DNA of 43,109 nucleotides from Candidatus Micrarchaeia archaeon (GTDB taxonomy: Archaea > Micrarchaeota > Micrarchaeia > CABMEP01): NCBI GenBank assembly GCA_038874185.1, contig JAVZCX010000003.1, positions 1-43,109 of the forward strand, read 5' to 3'. Each line of letters opens with the position of its first letter. Within the stretch, counting starts at the first letter, position 1. Shown here in pieces: positions 19,067 through 28,090 of this stretch. A model generated the notes under the pieces. The model saw only the letters and a list, made by a program, of their open reading frames with translations. It had not been told where the DNA came from and did no database searches. Both the position numbers and the translations under genes were made by a program.

Positions 19067-19795
19067 ATGGCAATTGAAAGAAAATTCATAGATGATTCCG
19101 TTACGAGATATCAGATAGCAAATTTCCTTAGGGAAAAATTAGAGAGAGTTGGGTTTAGCAATGTTACAATACAAAGAACTCCGATGGTTACAAGAATAAC
19201 TGTAGAGGTTGCAAACCCTGGGAGACTGATTGGAAAGAAAGGAAAATCAATAAAGACATTAGCGGATACGATACAAAGAGAATTTGGAGTCAGCGATCCT
19301 CAGATTGCAGTTGTTCCAGTCGAGAAAATTGAACTTGAACCAAGACTAATTGCATACTCAATTGCAAAGAACATTGAGTCAGGAAAGCCGTTAAGGGCAT
19401 TGATACATTCATCTCTCAAGAAAATAATCGATGCTGGCGCCCTCGGCGCTGAGATCGTGGTTGGCGGAAAGATTGCAGCAAAAGGAGCGAAGGCAAGAAG
19501 CATGCGTGTAGCATGGGGTTACTTGCCAAAAGCAGGAGAAGTTGTTAAGCAGATAAAGAAGGCGCAAGTGACGGCAAGACCGAAATACGGTGCAATCAAT
19601 GTAAGAGTTTCAATCGCTCCACCTACTGCAGTATTTCCAGACAAGGTTGCAAAGGTTGAAGTTCCTAATATAATCAAGTATTCTGAAGAAAACGAAAGCA
19701 AAGAACAGCTGGAGTCAAAAAAGGAGCAGAAGAAAGAAGTAAAGATGGAGCAGCTCCAGCAGAAAAAGCAGTCAGCGCACAGAAGAAAGAAGTGA
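19067..19795 (+). CDS. rps3: 30S ribosomal protein S3
   Basis: PGRLIGKKG KH motif, GALGAEIVVGGK; charged C-terminal tail. Confidence 0.97.
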   Translation: MAIERKFIDDSVTRYQIANFLREKLERVGFSNVTIQRTPMVTRITVEVANPGRLIGKKGKSIKTLADTIQREFGVSDPQIAVVPVEKIELEPRLIAYSIAKNIESGKPLRALIHSSLKKIIDAGALGAEIVVGGKIAAKGAKARSMRVAWGYLPKAGEVVKQIKKAQVTARPKYGAINVRVSIAPPTAVFPDKVAKVEVPNIIKYSEENESKEQLESKKEQKKEVKMEQLQQKKQSAHRRKK

Positions 19796-19833
19796 TTTCC
19801 GCAGGTTTTAATCCGCGGTTGTGATGTGATCAT

Positions 19834-20082
19834 ATGAAGGTAAAAGACATAAAAGGCATGAATGCTGATGAGATGAAATCAAAGATATCGGATCTTGAAA
19901 AAGAATTAAGCATAGAGTACGGAACAAGGTCTTCAGCAGCAGGAAAGTCTAGAAACTATGGAAAGATAAAAACCATCAAGAGAACAATTGCAAGAATGAA
20001 GACCTACATGAGGGCAAGGGAATTGGGCATCCTTGGCAAAGAAGAGAAGAAGGAAAAAAGCGAAGCCCAGAAGAAAAATTAA
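19834..20082 (+). CDS. rpl29: 50S ribosomal protein L29
   Basis: KIKTIKRTIARMKT; synteny. Confidence 0.93.
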   Translation: MKVKDIKGMNADEMKSKISDLEKELSIEYGTRSSAAGKSRNYGKIKTIKRTIARMKTYMRARELGILGKEEKKEKSEAQKKN

Positions 20083-20148
20083 TTGAATGAGATAAGAATT
20101 ACGTTATATTAAATCAAGTTAAATCATATATTGTGTGAGGTGAAGAAA

Positions 20149-20502
20149 ACGGCTGAAAACATATGCCCCACATGTGGGGTGCACAAACTGATAGGAGACA
20201 TATGTTCTGGATGTGGACTTCCTAAAGACATATGTTCCTGCGCTGCAATTGAGAAAGAAACAGCGCAAAAGATAAAAGTAACAATAACAAAGGCAAAATT
20301 CAGGAAACTGGTCACGATCGTAGCTGGCGTGGACAAGAATTCAATTGAGCGTGTTGCAAAGCAGCTCAAGCAATCGCTTGCTTGCGGTGGAACAGTGAAG
20401 AATGATGAAATAATCCTTCAAGGAGATCATGGAGCAAAGATAAAACAATTGCTAACGAAGGTAGGTTATCCTGAAGAGAACATTTCAATAATCCGAAAAT
20501 AA
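20149..20502 (+). CDS. sui1: Translation initiation factor aIF1 (SUI1); start codon non-AUG, ACG proposed
   Basis: CxxCGLPKDIC.C, KLVTIV.G, LKQSLACGGTVK, LQGDH; no in-frame ATG anywhere in the ORF; exact start uncertain. Confidence 0.93.
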   Translation, partial: TAENICPTCGVHKLIGDICSGCGLPKDICSCAAIEKETAQKIKVTITKAKFRKLVTIVAGVDKNSIERVAKQLKQSLACGGTVKNDEIILQGDHGAKIKQLLTKVGYPEENISIIRK

Positions 20503-20528
20503 TCAGTTGATATGTTAATGATGATTTG

Positions 20529-20846
20529 ATGTCAGACCAAAAAAAATCAAAAACAAATGTTCAAATGAATTCAAAATTAAAAAACCTGAAATATCTAATA
20601 GAATACATAGGTCTGAAGGTTGAAGTAATCAACAGCGCTTCCCCAGAACAGATAGGGATAAAGGGAATTGTTGTTGATGAAACAAAAAATACATTTAAGA
20701 TAGAGAAAGAAGATGGAAAGGAGGTTTTGATCCCAAAGAAAGGATCTTTATTCCTCTTTCAAAAAAGGGGAGAGGTCTTCAGTGTTGAGGGATCAAAAAT
20801 ATTATATTCTCCTGAAGAAAGGTTGAAGAAGATAAAATTCGAATGA
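20529..20846 (+). CDS. rnp1: Ribonuclease P protein Rpp29
   Basis: EYIGLKVEV, GIKGIVVDETKNTF, IPK, PEERLKK. Confidence 0.95.
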   Translation: MSDQKKSKTNVQMNSKLKNLKYLIEYIGLKVEVINSASPEQIGIKGIVVDETKNTFKIEKEDGKEVLIPKKGSLFLFQKRGEVFSVEGSKILYSPEERLKKIKFE

Positions 20847-20891
20847 TGTTTCAAATGTTTCGTATTAACAAGTTAATTAATGGTTGATTAT

Positions 20892-21206
20892 ATGGTAGGA
20901 AAAGAAGAAAACTGTGGAGATCCAAAATGCTTCATTCATGGTGATGTAAAAGTAAGGGGCCAGGTACTGGTAGGTACAGTAGTAAGCACAAAGGCAAAGA
21001 AGACTGCAATCGTAGAGAGACAGCGAATGGTTTACATACCCAAGTACAAGAGATATGCAAGAACCCGTTCAAGATATGCTGCGCACAATCCACCTTGCAT
21101 AAATGCAAAAGTAGGAGACAAGGTAAAGATAGGAGAATGCAGGAAGCTCAGCAGGACAAAAACATGGACAATAACAGAGATAATGGGAAAAGATGAAAAG
21201 TCATAA
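20892..21206 (+). CDS. rps17: 30S ribosomal protein S17
   Basis: CGDPKCFIHG..VRG, PKYKRY, AHNPPC, ECRKLSRTK. Confidence 0.97.
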   Translation: MVGKEENCGDPKCFIHGDVKVRGQVLVGTVVSTKAKKTAIVERQRMVYIPKYKRYARTRSRYAAHNPPCINAKVGDKVKIGECRKLSRTKTWTITEIMGKDEKS

Positions 21207-21262
21207 TCATGTAATTATGTACACAAAATTTCATGAAAATTTGATAATTATAGGGTGAAATT

Positions 21263-21661
21263 ATGAAAGCACTGCAATCAAAAGTTCCGAGATCATTGCC
21301 TGTAGGCGCGATCATAAATTGTGATGATAACAGCGGGGCAAAAGTAGTTCAGATAATAGGTATGTTGAAAGCTCCAACAAAAAGAAGAAGAAAGCCAAGC
21401 GTAGGAATTGGCGATGTGGCAATAGTAGCAGTAAAGAAGGGCTCTCCGCAGATGATCAAGAAAGTGGAGAAGGCATTGATAATAAGGCAAAGAAAGCCTT
21501 TCAGGAGAGCAAACGGAGTAAGAATAATGTTTGAGGACAACGCATGCGCATTGATAGACGATGCAGGATTGCCAAAAGGGACTGAGATCAAGGGCGTTGT
21601 TGCAAGAGAAATAGTAGACAGATATCCAAAGGTCGCTGGAATCGCATGGTCAATTATATAA
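21263..21661 (+). CDS. rpl14: 50S ribosomal protein L14
   Basis: DNSGAK, FEDNA, PKGTEIKGVVARE. Confidence 0.98.
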   Translation: MKALQSKVPRSLPVGAIINCDDNSGAKVVQIIGMLKAPTKRRRKPSVGIGDVAIVAVKKGSPQMIKKVEKALIIRQRKPFRRANGVRIMFEDNACALIDDAGLPKGTEIKGVVAREIVDRYPKVAGIAWSII

Positions 21662-21679
21662 TCTTTGTAGGGTGTATTT

Positions 21680-22006
21680 ATGATAAGCTCAAGAAAACCG
21701 AGAACACAAAGGAAATTCAGATATACTGCTCCACTCCATTTAAGAAAGAACTTTGTCCATGTTCATCTAAGCAAGGATCTGAGAGCAAAGGTGAAGAAAA
21801 GAGCAATTCAAGTAAAGAAGGGAGACAAGGTAAAAATACTGAGAGGCAAATTCAAGGGCAAAGAAGGAAAAGTAGCGAAGGTGATCCTTTCTGATGCAAA
21901 GATATTTGTTGAAGGAATCACACTTAAGAAAGCAAATGGAAAGGAATCATTTTATCCAATAGACCCTTCAAATGCAATGATAATTGAAATGGTTGAAAGA
22001 AAGTGA
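21680..22006 (+). CDS. rpl24: 50S ribosomal protein L24
   Basis: SRKPRTQRK...APLHLR, KOW motif KGDKVKILRGKFKG. Confidence 0.97.
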   Translation: MISSRKPRTQRKFRYTAPLHLRKNFVHVHLSKDLRAKVKKRAIQVKKGDKVKILRGKFKGKEGKVAKVILSDAKIFVEGITLKKANGKESFYPIDPSNAMIIEMVERK

Positions 22007-22049
22007 TGAGAAGGAGTTGTAGAAAATAGTTAGAAATAAAGTGATATTT

Positions 22050-22229
22050 ATGTTGACACAGTTGAGAACAAATATACTGGACAGTAAGAACAAAAGGATT
22101 CAGTCCGGCAATTTCCTTATTGAAACAAGATTAGTGAGGAGTTTCGGTCTTGAATCTAGGGTTGAGAATATAATAGTTTCAACAGAGCGTTCAAGATCCA
22201 ATATAAAAAAGAAAAGGAGATTTAGATAA
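22050..22229 (+). CDS. Possible small basic protein inserted between L24 and S4e
   Basis: 59-aa ORF preceded by AAGTGATATTT, similar to the L5 ribosome-binding site; no recognisable family. Confidence 0.35.
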   Translation: MLTQLRTNILDSKNKRIQSGNFLIETRLVRSFGLESRVENIIVSTERSRSNIKKKRRFR

Positions 22230-22266
22230 AATCAAAATAATGTTTATCAATTAAGGTGTGATTTTT

Positions 22267-22953
22267 ATGGCGAAAAAAAGTGGTACAAAACATTTGAAGA
22301 GAATCGCAATGCCAAAGTCTTTTGGTTTGCCTAGAAAACAACTTACATGGTCTTTGAATCCATTACCTGGAAGGCATCAGAAGGAACTTTCGCTTCCATT
22401 ATCCCATGCAATAATTGCATTAGGATTTGCAAAGACAGCAAGAGAAGCAAAAAATGTATTGAATACAAGACAGGTAAAAATTGACGGAGTGGTAAGAACA
22501 GAGCCAAAAGAAACAGTGGGGTTAATGGATGTAATAACAATAGGAGAGAACAGCTGGAGAGTACTTGTTGATACAAAAGGAAAGATAAAATTTGAAAAAA
22601 CTTCTAATCCATCAGTTAAACTCTGCCAAGTAAGGAACAAGACAAAGGTAAAAGGAGGAAAGATACAGCTTACGCTTCATGACGGAAGAAACATCATGGA
22701 TTTTGATGCAAATATAGGAGACACTGTAGAGATATCAATTCCAGATGGAAAACCCATTGGAAAACTTGAGCTAAAGAAGTCTTCTTTATGTTTTATAACT
22801 GGTGGAAAGAAAATAGGCAACCTTATCAAAATAAAAGAGATTTCATTAGGATCTGCAACAAGAAACAGTGAAATCCAAGGAGAACTTCAAGACGGTTCTT
22901 CTGCAATCACACTTGCGAAATATGCATTTCCTGTAAAAGAAAAATTCATTTGA
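22267..22953 (+). CDS. rps4e: 30S ribosomal protein S4e
   Basis: KHLKRIAMP, PGRH, VGLMDVI, QLTLHDGRN, FITGG. Confidence 0.97.
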   Translation: MAKKSGTKHLKRIAMPKSFGLPRKQLTWSLNPLPGRHQKELSLPLSHAIIALGFAKTAREAKNVLNTRQVKIDGVVRTEPKETVGLMDVITIGENSWRVLVDTKGKIKFEKTSNPSVKLCQVRNKTKVKGGKIQLTLHDGRNIMDFDANIGDTVEISIPDGKPIGKLELKKSSLCFITGGKKIGNLIKIKEISLGSATRNSEIQGELQDGSSAITLAKYAFPVKEKFI

Positions 22954-22997
22954 ATTGATCCAATTTAGTAATCTTTCATGTATTAAGAAGTGATATT

Positions 22998-23504
22998 ATG
23001 GATATGCGCGAAGTAAAACTCGAAAAAGTGACTGTAAACATAGGTGCTGGAGAAACTGGAGAAAAGCTAAAGAAAGCAAAAACAATCATTGAAAGAATCA
23101 CTGGAAGAAAGGCATCTTATACAAAAGCAAGAAAGAGAGTTCAAACATTTGGGATAAGGAAAGGAGACACTATTGGAGTAAAGGTAACATTAAGAGGAAA
23201 GGAAGCAGAAAATTTCCTTAGAAATGCGTTTGATGCAGTGGATTTCAAACTCAACAAGAGATCGATAGACAAATACGGCAATTTTGCATTCGGAATAAAA
23301 GAGTACATAGATTTTCCAGGTGCAAAATATGATCCAACAATCGGTATAATTGGTTTTGATGTATGCGGAACTATGACTAGACCTGGAAAAAGAGTAGAAC
23401 TTAGGAGAAGATCCAAATCAAAGGTAAGACATACTCATGAAGTTACTCCTGAAGAAACTGAGAAGTTTCTACAAGAAAAGTTTAAGGTGAATATATATGA
23501 ATAA
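22998..23504 (+). CDS. rpl5: 50S ribosomal protein L5
   Basis: [39 protein letters not shown]. Confidence 0.98.
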   Translation: MDMREVKLEKVTVNIGAGETGEKLKKAKTIIERITGRKASYTKARKRVQTFGIRKGDTIGVKVTLRGKEAENFLRNAFDAVDFKLNKRSIDKYGNFAFGIKEYIDFPGAKYDPTIGIIGFDVCGTMTRPGKRVELRRRSKSKVRHTHEVTPEETEKFLQEKFKVNIYE

Positions 23505-23667
23505 GAAGAGTACAAGACCGATCGAAGTCAGATACAGGGGAAAGGGATTAAGAAAGTGCAGAATATGCGGCACTTCGAGAGGCATAATTAGAAAGTATAA
23601 TCTTAACATCTGCAGAAGATGTTTCAGAGAGATTGGAGATTCAATAGGATTCAAGAAATTCGGATGA
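23497..23667 (+). CDS. rps14: 30S ribosomal protein S14 (not in the ORF track; 56 aa)
   Basis: Hand translation ...[31 protein letters not shown]...GFKKFG; overlaps the L5 stop. Confidence 0.97.
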   Translation: MNKKSTRPIEVRYRGKGLRKCRICGTSRGIIRKYNLNICRRCFREIGDSIGFKKFG

Positions 23668-23722
23668 ATTTCTAGATTTGTTGCCGATATTGATGTTTAT
23701 AGTTGGTATAGAGTGTGATTAT

Positions 23723-24103
23723 ATGGACATACTTGCAAATGCTTTGAATGTAATTCGCGTTCATAAAAATGCAGGAAAAAATGAATGCAAGGTACTGGCA
23801 TCTAACTTCACTGGAGAAGTCCTAAAGATACTCCAGAAGGAAGGATACATAGATGAATTTACGGAAGTCAGCGAAGGCCCAACAAGATATTTCATAATAA
23901 AAGGAATCGGGCCAATAAACTACTGTGGAGTTATAAAGCCAAGATTCCCCGTTAAATATTCCGAGATCGGAAAGGTTGAAGAACAATATCTTCCAAGCAA
24001 GGACTTTGGAATAATCATAATAACAACTCCGAAAGGAATAGTCACAAATAAAGAGATAAGGTCTCTGAAGACTGGAGGAAGACTTGTAGCATACGTTTAC
24101 TAA
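23723..24103 (+). CDS. rps8: 30S ribosomal protein S8
   Basis: MDILANAL, CGVIKPRF, TTPKG, GGRLVAYVY. Confidence 0.97.
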   Translation: MDILANALNVIRVHKNAGKNECKVLASNFTGEVLKILQKEGYIDEFTEVSEGPTRYFIIKGIGPINYCGVIKPRFPVKYSEIGKVEEQYLPSKDFGIIIITTPKGIVTNKEIRSLKTGGRLVAYVY

Positions 24104-24152
24104 GTTGTATTAATTTCATAATTGATCGCAGTTTGTAACTATAGGTGTTAAT

Positions 24153-24647
24153 ATGGTGGAAGCAATTATAGATATTCCCTCTGGATTGAGCGTCGAAATA
24201 GGAAAGGATTCATTCACAGTATCTGGTCCTAAGGGAAAAGTGTCATATAAATTTAGAGATGTTACTGTTTCAAACGATGCTGGAAAGGTAAAGATATCTG
24301 GAGATTCAAAGGCTATTGTAAATACGACAGAGGCGCTTTTCAAATCAGCATTGAAAGGAGTCACAGAAGGTTATACATTAAAGCTTCAGATGGTATACGC
24401 ACACTTTCCATTCACTCTTGAGCAGAAGGGTTCCCAGATCCTCATAAAGAATTTCCTTGGAGAGAAGAATCCAAGAAAAGCGAATATTGTGGGGGACACG
24501 AAGATGAAAGTTGAAAAAGAATTCATAATCCTGACTGGCCCAGACAAGCACGCAGTAGGGCAAACCGCAGCAAATCTCAAGAATGCAACATACATTAAAG
24601 AAAAGGATCCTAGAGTGTTCCAAGATGGGATATATGACCCATTATAG
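24153..24647 (+). CDS. rpl6: 50S ribosomal protein L6
   Basis: GPKG, YAHFP, KNFLGEK, VGQTAAN, KDPRVFQDGIY. Confidence 0.97.
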   Translation: MVEAIIDIPSGLSVEIGKDSFTVSGPKGKVSYKFRDVTVSNDAGKVKISGDSKAIVNTTEALFKSALKGVTEGYTLKLQMVYAHFPFTLEQKGSQILIKNFLGEKNPRKANIVGDTKMKVEKEFIILTGPDKHAVGQTAANLKNATYIKEKDPRVFQDGIYDPL

Positions 24648-24700
24648 AGTGCATTTGTTTATGTTTAAATGCTAATAAATTATAATCAAGGTGTTATATT

Positions 24701-25057
24701 ATGAGAAAACATCCAAAATTCCTACCACCTAACTATGGAAGAAAGAAAAGAGTTAAGATGAGGTGGAGAAAACCAAGGGGAATAGACAACAAGAAAAGAG
24801 TGGGCAAGAAGATAATGGGAGCATCTCCTAAGATAGGATGGAGAAGCGCAAGAAATGATAGAGATTTTCATCCTTCTGGCGTTAAAGAGATTCTTGTGCG
24901 CTCATTAAAGGACATGGATGGAATTCCTGAGAAAGGATTTGCGATAAGAATCGCAGCCGCAGTCGGCGCTAAGAAGAGAGAATTGATCATAAAGAAAGCA
25001 AAAGAGATGAAGATCGAGGTTCTCAATCCCATAAGCGCAAAGCACCAAAAGCAGTGA
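24701..25057 (+). CDS. rpl32e: 50S ribosomal protein L32e
   Basis: WRKPRGIDNKKR, HPSG, VGAKKR, VLNP. Confidence 0.97.
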   Translation: MRKHPKFLPPNYGRKKRVKMRWRKPRGIDNKKRVGKKIMGASPKIGWRSARNDRDFHPSGVKEILVRSLKDMDGIPEKGFAIRIAAAVGAKKRELIIKKAKEMKIEVLNPISAKHQKQ

Positions 25058-25080
25058 TTGTATATTCGTAGGTGAAATTT

Positions 25081-25554
25081 ATGTCAATGTCATCAATAAA
25101 AAGAATGGCATCCCAAATAACGGGTGCAGGAATAAGCAGGATAAAGTTCGATTCATCTAGATTATCTGAAATAGAGAAAGCAGTCACAAAAGACGATGTT
25201 CGAGCTCTCATAAAGCAGAAAGCAATATTGGTTGAAAAGAAGAAAGGAGTATCTAGAGCAATAGGTAGAATCCATGATGAAGAAAGAAGGCTAGGAAGAG
25301 CTCACAAAACTGCAAGAAGAAGAGGAACCCATTCTGCAAGAGCTGGAGGAAAAGAGGTTTGGGTTAATAGAATAAGAGCACAAAGAGAGCTGATCAAGTC
25401 ATTCAAGAAGAGAGGTTTGTTCGTGAGCAATGCAGCATATAGAGAAACTTATCTGAAGATTAAAGGAGGAGCGTTCCCTGACAGATCAAGAGTTCTTCTC
25501 TATCTGACAGAGAAAGGATACCTCAAACCAAAGCCGACAAAGGAGAAGAAATAA
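25081..25554 (+). CDS. rpl19e: 50S ribosomal protein L19e
   Basis: TKDDVRALI, KGVSR, WVNRIRAQR, YLKIKGGAF. Confidence 0.96.
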   Translation: MSMSSIKRMASQITGAGISRIKFDSSRLSEIEKAVTKDDVRALIKQKAILVEKKKGVSRAIGRIHDEERRLGRAHKTARRRGTHSARAGGKEVWVNRIRAQRELIKSFKKRGLFVSNAAYRETYLKIKGGAFPDRSRVLLYLTEKGYLKPKPTKEKK

Positions 25555-25621
25555 CTGATGCAAATTTAGTATTATTACGAGTATATAATATTAGATTATA
25601 TTGAAAATAGAAGTGATAATT

Positions 25622-26239
25622 ATGGCAAAGGCAACAGGACCGACATACAAATTGGCGTTCAAGAGAAGAAGGCTTAATCTCACCAATTACAGAAAGAGAT
25701 TGGCATTACTTAAGTCTGGTCTTCCAAGATTTGTTGTAAGGAAGACAAACAGAAACATATTAGTGCAGTGCATAGGTTTCACACCTAATCATGATGAAGT
25801 GATTGCAAGAGCAGATGCAAGCGAGCTTGCAAAATATGGATGGAAGCAATCCGCGAATCTGCCTTCTGCATACTTAGTCGGCTTCATGTGCGCAAAGAGG
25901 GCATTGGCTGCAGGCAAGAAGTCAGTTGTTCTTGATTCCGGTCTGCACACACCTTCAAAAGGTTCATTCCTTTTTGCATGCGTGAAGGGAGCAATTGATG
26001 CAGGATTAGAGATTCCAGTTGGAGAGATAGAATTTGATGAGGAGAGAATAAGCGGAAAGCACATATCTGATTACGCAAAGCAAATTTCAGGAACTGAAAA
26101 GTACAACAAACTCTTCTCACAATATCTGAAGAAAGGAATAAAACCAGAAGAGATTAATTCAGTATTTGAAAAGGTTAAGGAGCAGATCTCAAAAGAGAAC
26201 TTTGGAGAAACCACTGGAAAGAAAAGCAAGAAGGCATAA
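25622..26239 (+). CDS. rpl18: 50S ribosomal protein L18
   Basis: MAKATGPTY..FKRRR..TNYRKRLALLKS, NLPSAYLVG. Confidence 0.97.
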   Translation: MAKATGPTYKLAFKRRRLNLTNYRKRLALLKSGLPRFVVRKTNRNILVQCIGFTPNHDEVIARADASELAKYGWKQSANLPSAYLVGFMCAKRALAAGKKSVVLDSGLHTPSKGSFLFACVKGAIDAGLEIPVGEIEFDEERISGKHISDYAKQISGTEKYNKLFSQYLKKGIKPEEINSVFEKVKEQISKENFGETTGKKSKKA

Positions 26240-26302
26240 GATATGGACTTCTTGATGCATCATGGTGTTAATTGAAGTTTGATATTGTATGAGGTTGATT
26301 TG

Positions 26303-26965
26303 ATGAAACTTAGGAAAGGAAAACAAAAAAGAGCTTCGGCAGTTGAGCAGTCTTTATTAGATTCATGGAATCCTAAGACAGAACTTGGAAGAAAAGTAAA
26401 GGCAAAGGAAATAGTTAACCTTTCTGACATTCTTAAATCAGGAAAGCCGATATTGGAATCAGAGATAGTTGATGTTTTATTGCCAAATCTTATGCAGGAA
26501 ACAATTGAATTGTCCTCCACCCAGCGTATGACTGACTCTGGCAGAAAGGCAAAATACAGGGCAGTTGTAGTGGTTGGAGACGGACAGGAATACATAGGCA
26601 TTGGTCAAGGAAAGGCTGACGAGGTAAGGCCTGCAATAGAGGCAGCAGTAAGAGATGCAAAATACAACATAGTTCATATAAACCTTGGTTGCGGTTCATC
26701 ACAGTGCGACTGCGGGTCAAAGCATTCGCTTCCAATTCAGATCACAGGAAAGCATGGTGGAGTTAAGATCACATTAAGACCTGCGCCAAGAGGAACTGGA
26801 ATAGTAGCAAACAGGATTGTCAAGAAGGTTCTTCAGCTTGCAGGAGTCAAGGACATCTGGACAAAGGCAGAGGGAAGAACAAAGAACAGGTTCAACACCT
26901 CTATGGCTGTAGTAGATGCTCTTGATCAGCTAAACAGAATAAGGGTTAAGAAAGAATTCAGTTAG
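26303..26965 (+). CDS. rps5: 30S ribosomal protein S5
   Basis: WNPKTELGR, QRMTDSGR, PAPRGTG, AGVKDIWT. Confidence 0.98.
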   Translation: MKLRKGKQKRASAVEQSLLDSWNPKTELGRKVKAKEIVNLSDILKSGKPILESEIVDVLLPNLMQETIELSSTQRMTDSGRKAKYRAVVVVGDGQEYIGIGQGKADEVRPAIEAAVRDAKYNIVHINLGCGSSQCDCGSKHSLPIQITGKHGGVKITLRPAPRGTGIVANRIVKKVLQLAGVKDIWTKAEGRTKNRFNTSMAVVDALDQLNRIRVKKEFS

Positions 26966-27041
26966 ATTTATGTATATCTGAAATATTTGAGATCTGAAAA
27001 AAAAAATGAAAAATTATGTTTAAACATATGAAGTGGTTGAT

Positions 27042-27464
27042 ATGGTTATAGCAATAGTTCGTGTTCGTGGTGTTGCAGGCATAAAGCCTGACATCAGAAA
27101 GACAATGGAACTTCTTAGATTGAACAAGAAGCATCACTGTGTTGTTTATCCGAAAATGACAAAGCAGTTAGAGGGAATGCTAAAGGTAGCTAAGGATTAC
27201 ATCACTTGGGGAGAGATAAGCCAAGAAACCCTCAAAGAGCTGGTTTCAAAGAGAGGAAGACTCCCTGGAGACAAGAGAGTGGATGGAAAGGATGTTGATG
27301 CAATAGCGAAGTCAATTGAAAAAGGAGAGGAAGTAAAGATAAAGCCTGTTTTTAGGCTTCACTCTCCAAGAAAAGGATGGGAAAACATAAAGCTTAGATA
27401 CCCTGAAGGCGCTCTCGGCCCAAGAGGAAAAGAGATGGATGAATTAATATTAAGAATGGTGTGA
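27042..27464 (+). CDS. rpl30: 50S ribosomal protein L30
   Basis: AIVRVRG, KDYITWGE, FRLHSPRKG. Confidence 0.97.
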   Translation: MVIAIVRVRGVAGIKPDIRKTMELLRLNKKHHCVVYPKMTKQLEGMLKVAKDYITWGEISQETLKELVSKRGRLPGDKRVDGKDVDAIAKSIEKGEEVKIKPVFRLHSPRKGWENIKLRYPEGALGPRGKEMDELILRMV

Positions 27465-27507
27465 TAATCCATTACGGAATTGAATTTTGATTAAATTGGT
27501 GATACTT

Positions 27508-27945
27508 ATGGTAAGAAGAGTTAAGAGCAAATACAAGAAATATCTCGCAGGAAGGACGTTTGGAGCAGGAAATACAAAGAATAGAAGAGGAAAAGGAAGC
27601 AGAGGAGGAAAAGGATATGCGGGAGCGCACAAGCACAGATGGGCATGGATACTCAAGCACGAGCCAGATCACTTTGGAAAGCACGGTTTCGTAAACAGGA
27701 ACGCATCTCCAAAACTAGAATGCATTAATGTAAGAGAAATAAACGACAAGGCAACTGCAGGAAAGCTTGAGAAATCAGGTTCAATGTTTGTTTTCAATTT
27801 CCCTGGGAAGATACTTGGTTCAGGTTCAATATCTGTTCCAGTAAATGTCAAGGCAGTAGCAGCAACAGAATCTGCAAAGAAAAAGATAGAAGCAGCTGGA
27901 GGCAAATTGGAAGCAAAGATAGTGGGTGCAGAAGAAAACCAATGA
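27508..27945 (+). CDS. rpl15: 50S ribosomal protein L15
   Basis: RGKGSRGGKGYAG, FGKHGF, KILGSG, AKKKIEAAGG. Confidence 0.97.
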   Translation: MVRRVKSKYKKYLAGRTFGAGNTKNRRGKGSRGGKGYAGAHKHRWAWILKHEPDHFGKHGFVNRNASPKLECINVREINDKATAGKLEKSGSMFVFNFPGKILGSGSISVPVNVKAVAATESAKKKIEAAGGKLEAKIVGAEENQ

Positions 27946-27991
27946 TTTCTCTGATAAACCATGTAGATCTATAATTTCATTGATATAATTA

Positions 27992-28027
27992 ATTTGATTA
28001 TCAGATTTGATTATCAAATTTGATTAT
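27992..28027. repeat. Tandem repeat ATTTGATTATCA(G/A), about 2.8 copies, 13-bp period
   Basis: Copies start at 27992, 28005 and 28018. Confidence 0.85.
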
Positions 28028-28090
28028 TGGTGAATCATATAATTATAATAAGATCACAATCAAAAAAGAAACAATGGAGAGGTGTATTAG

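Noticed and set aside
19799-19818. Small GC hairpin between S3 and L29
   Set aside because: Short and imperfect; not enough evidence for a function
22003-22060. GTGATGA at the L24 stop as a second C/D sRNA
   Set aside because: No suitably spaced CTGA boxes follow
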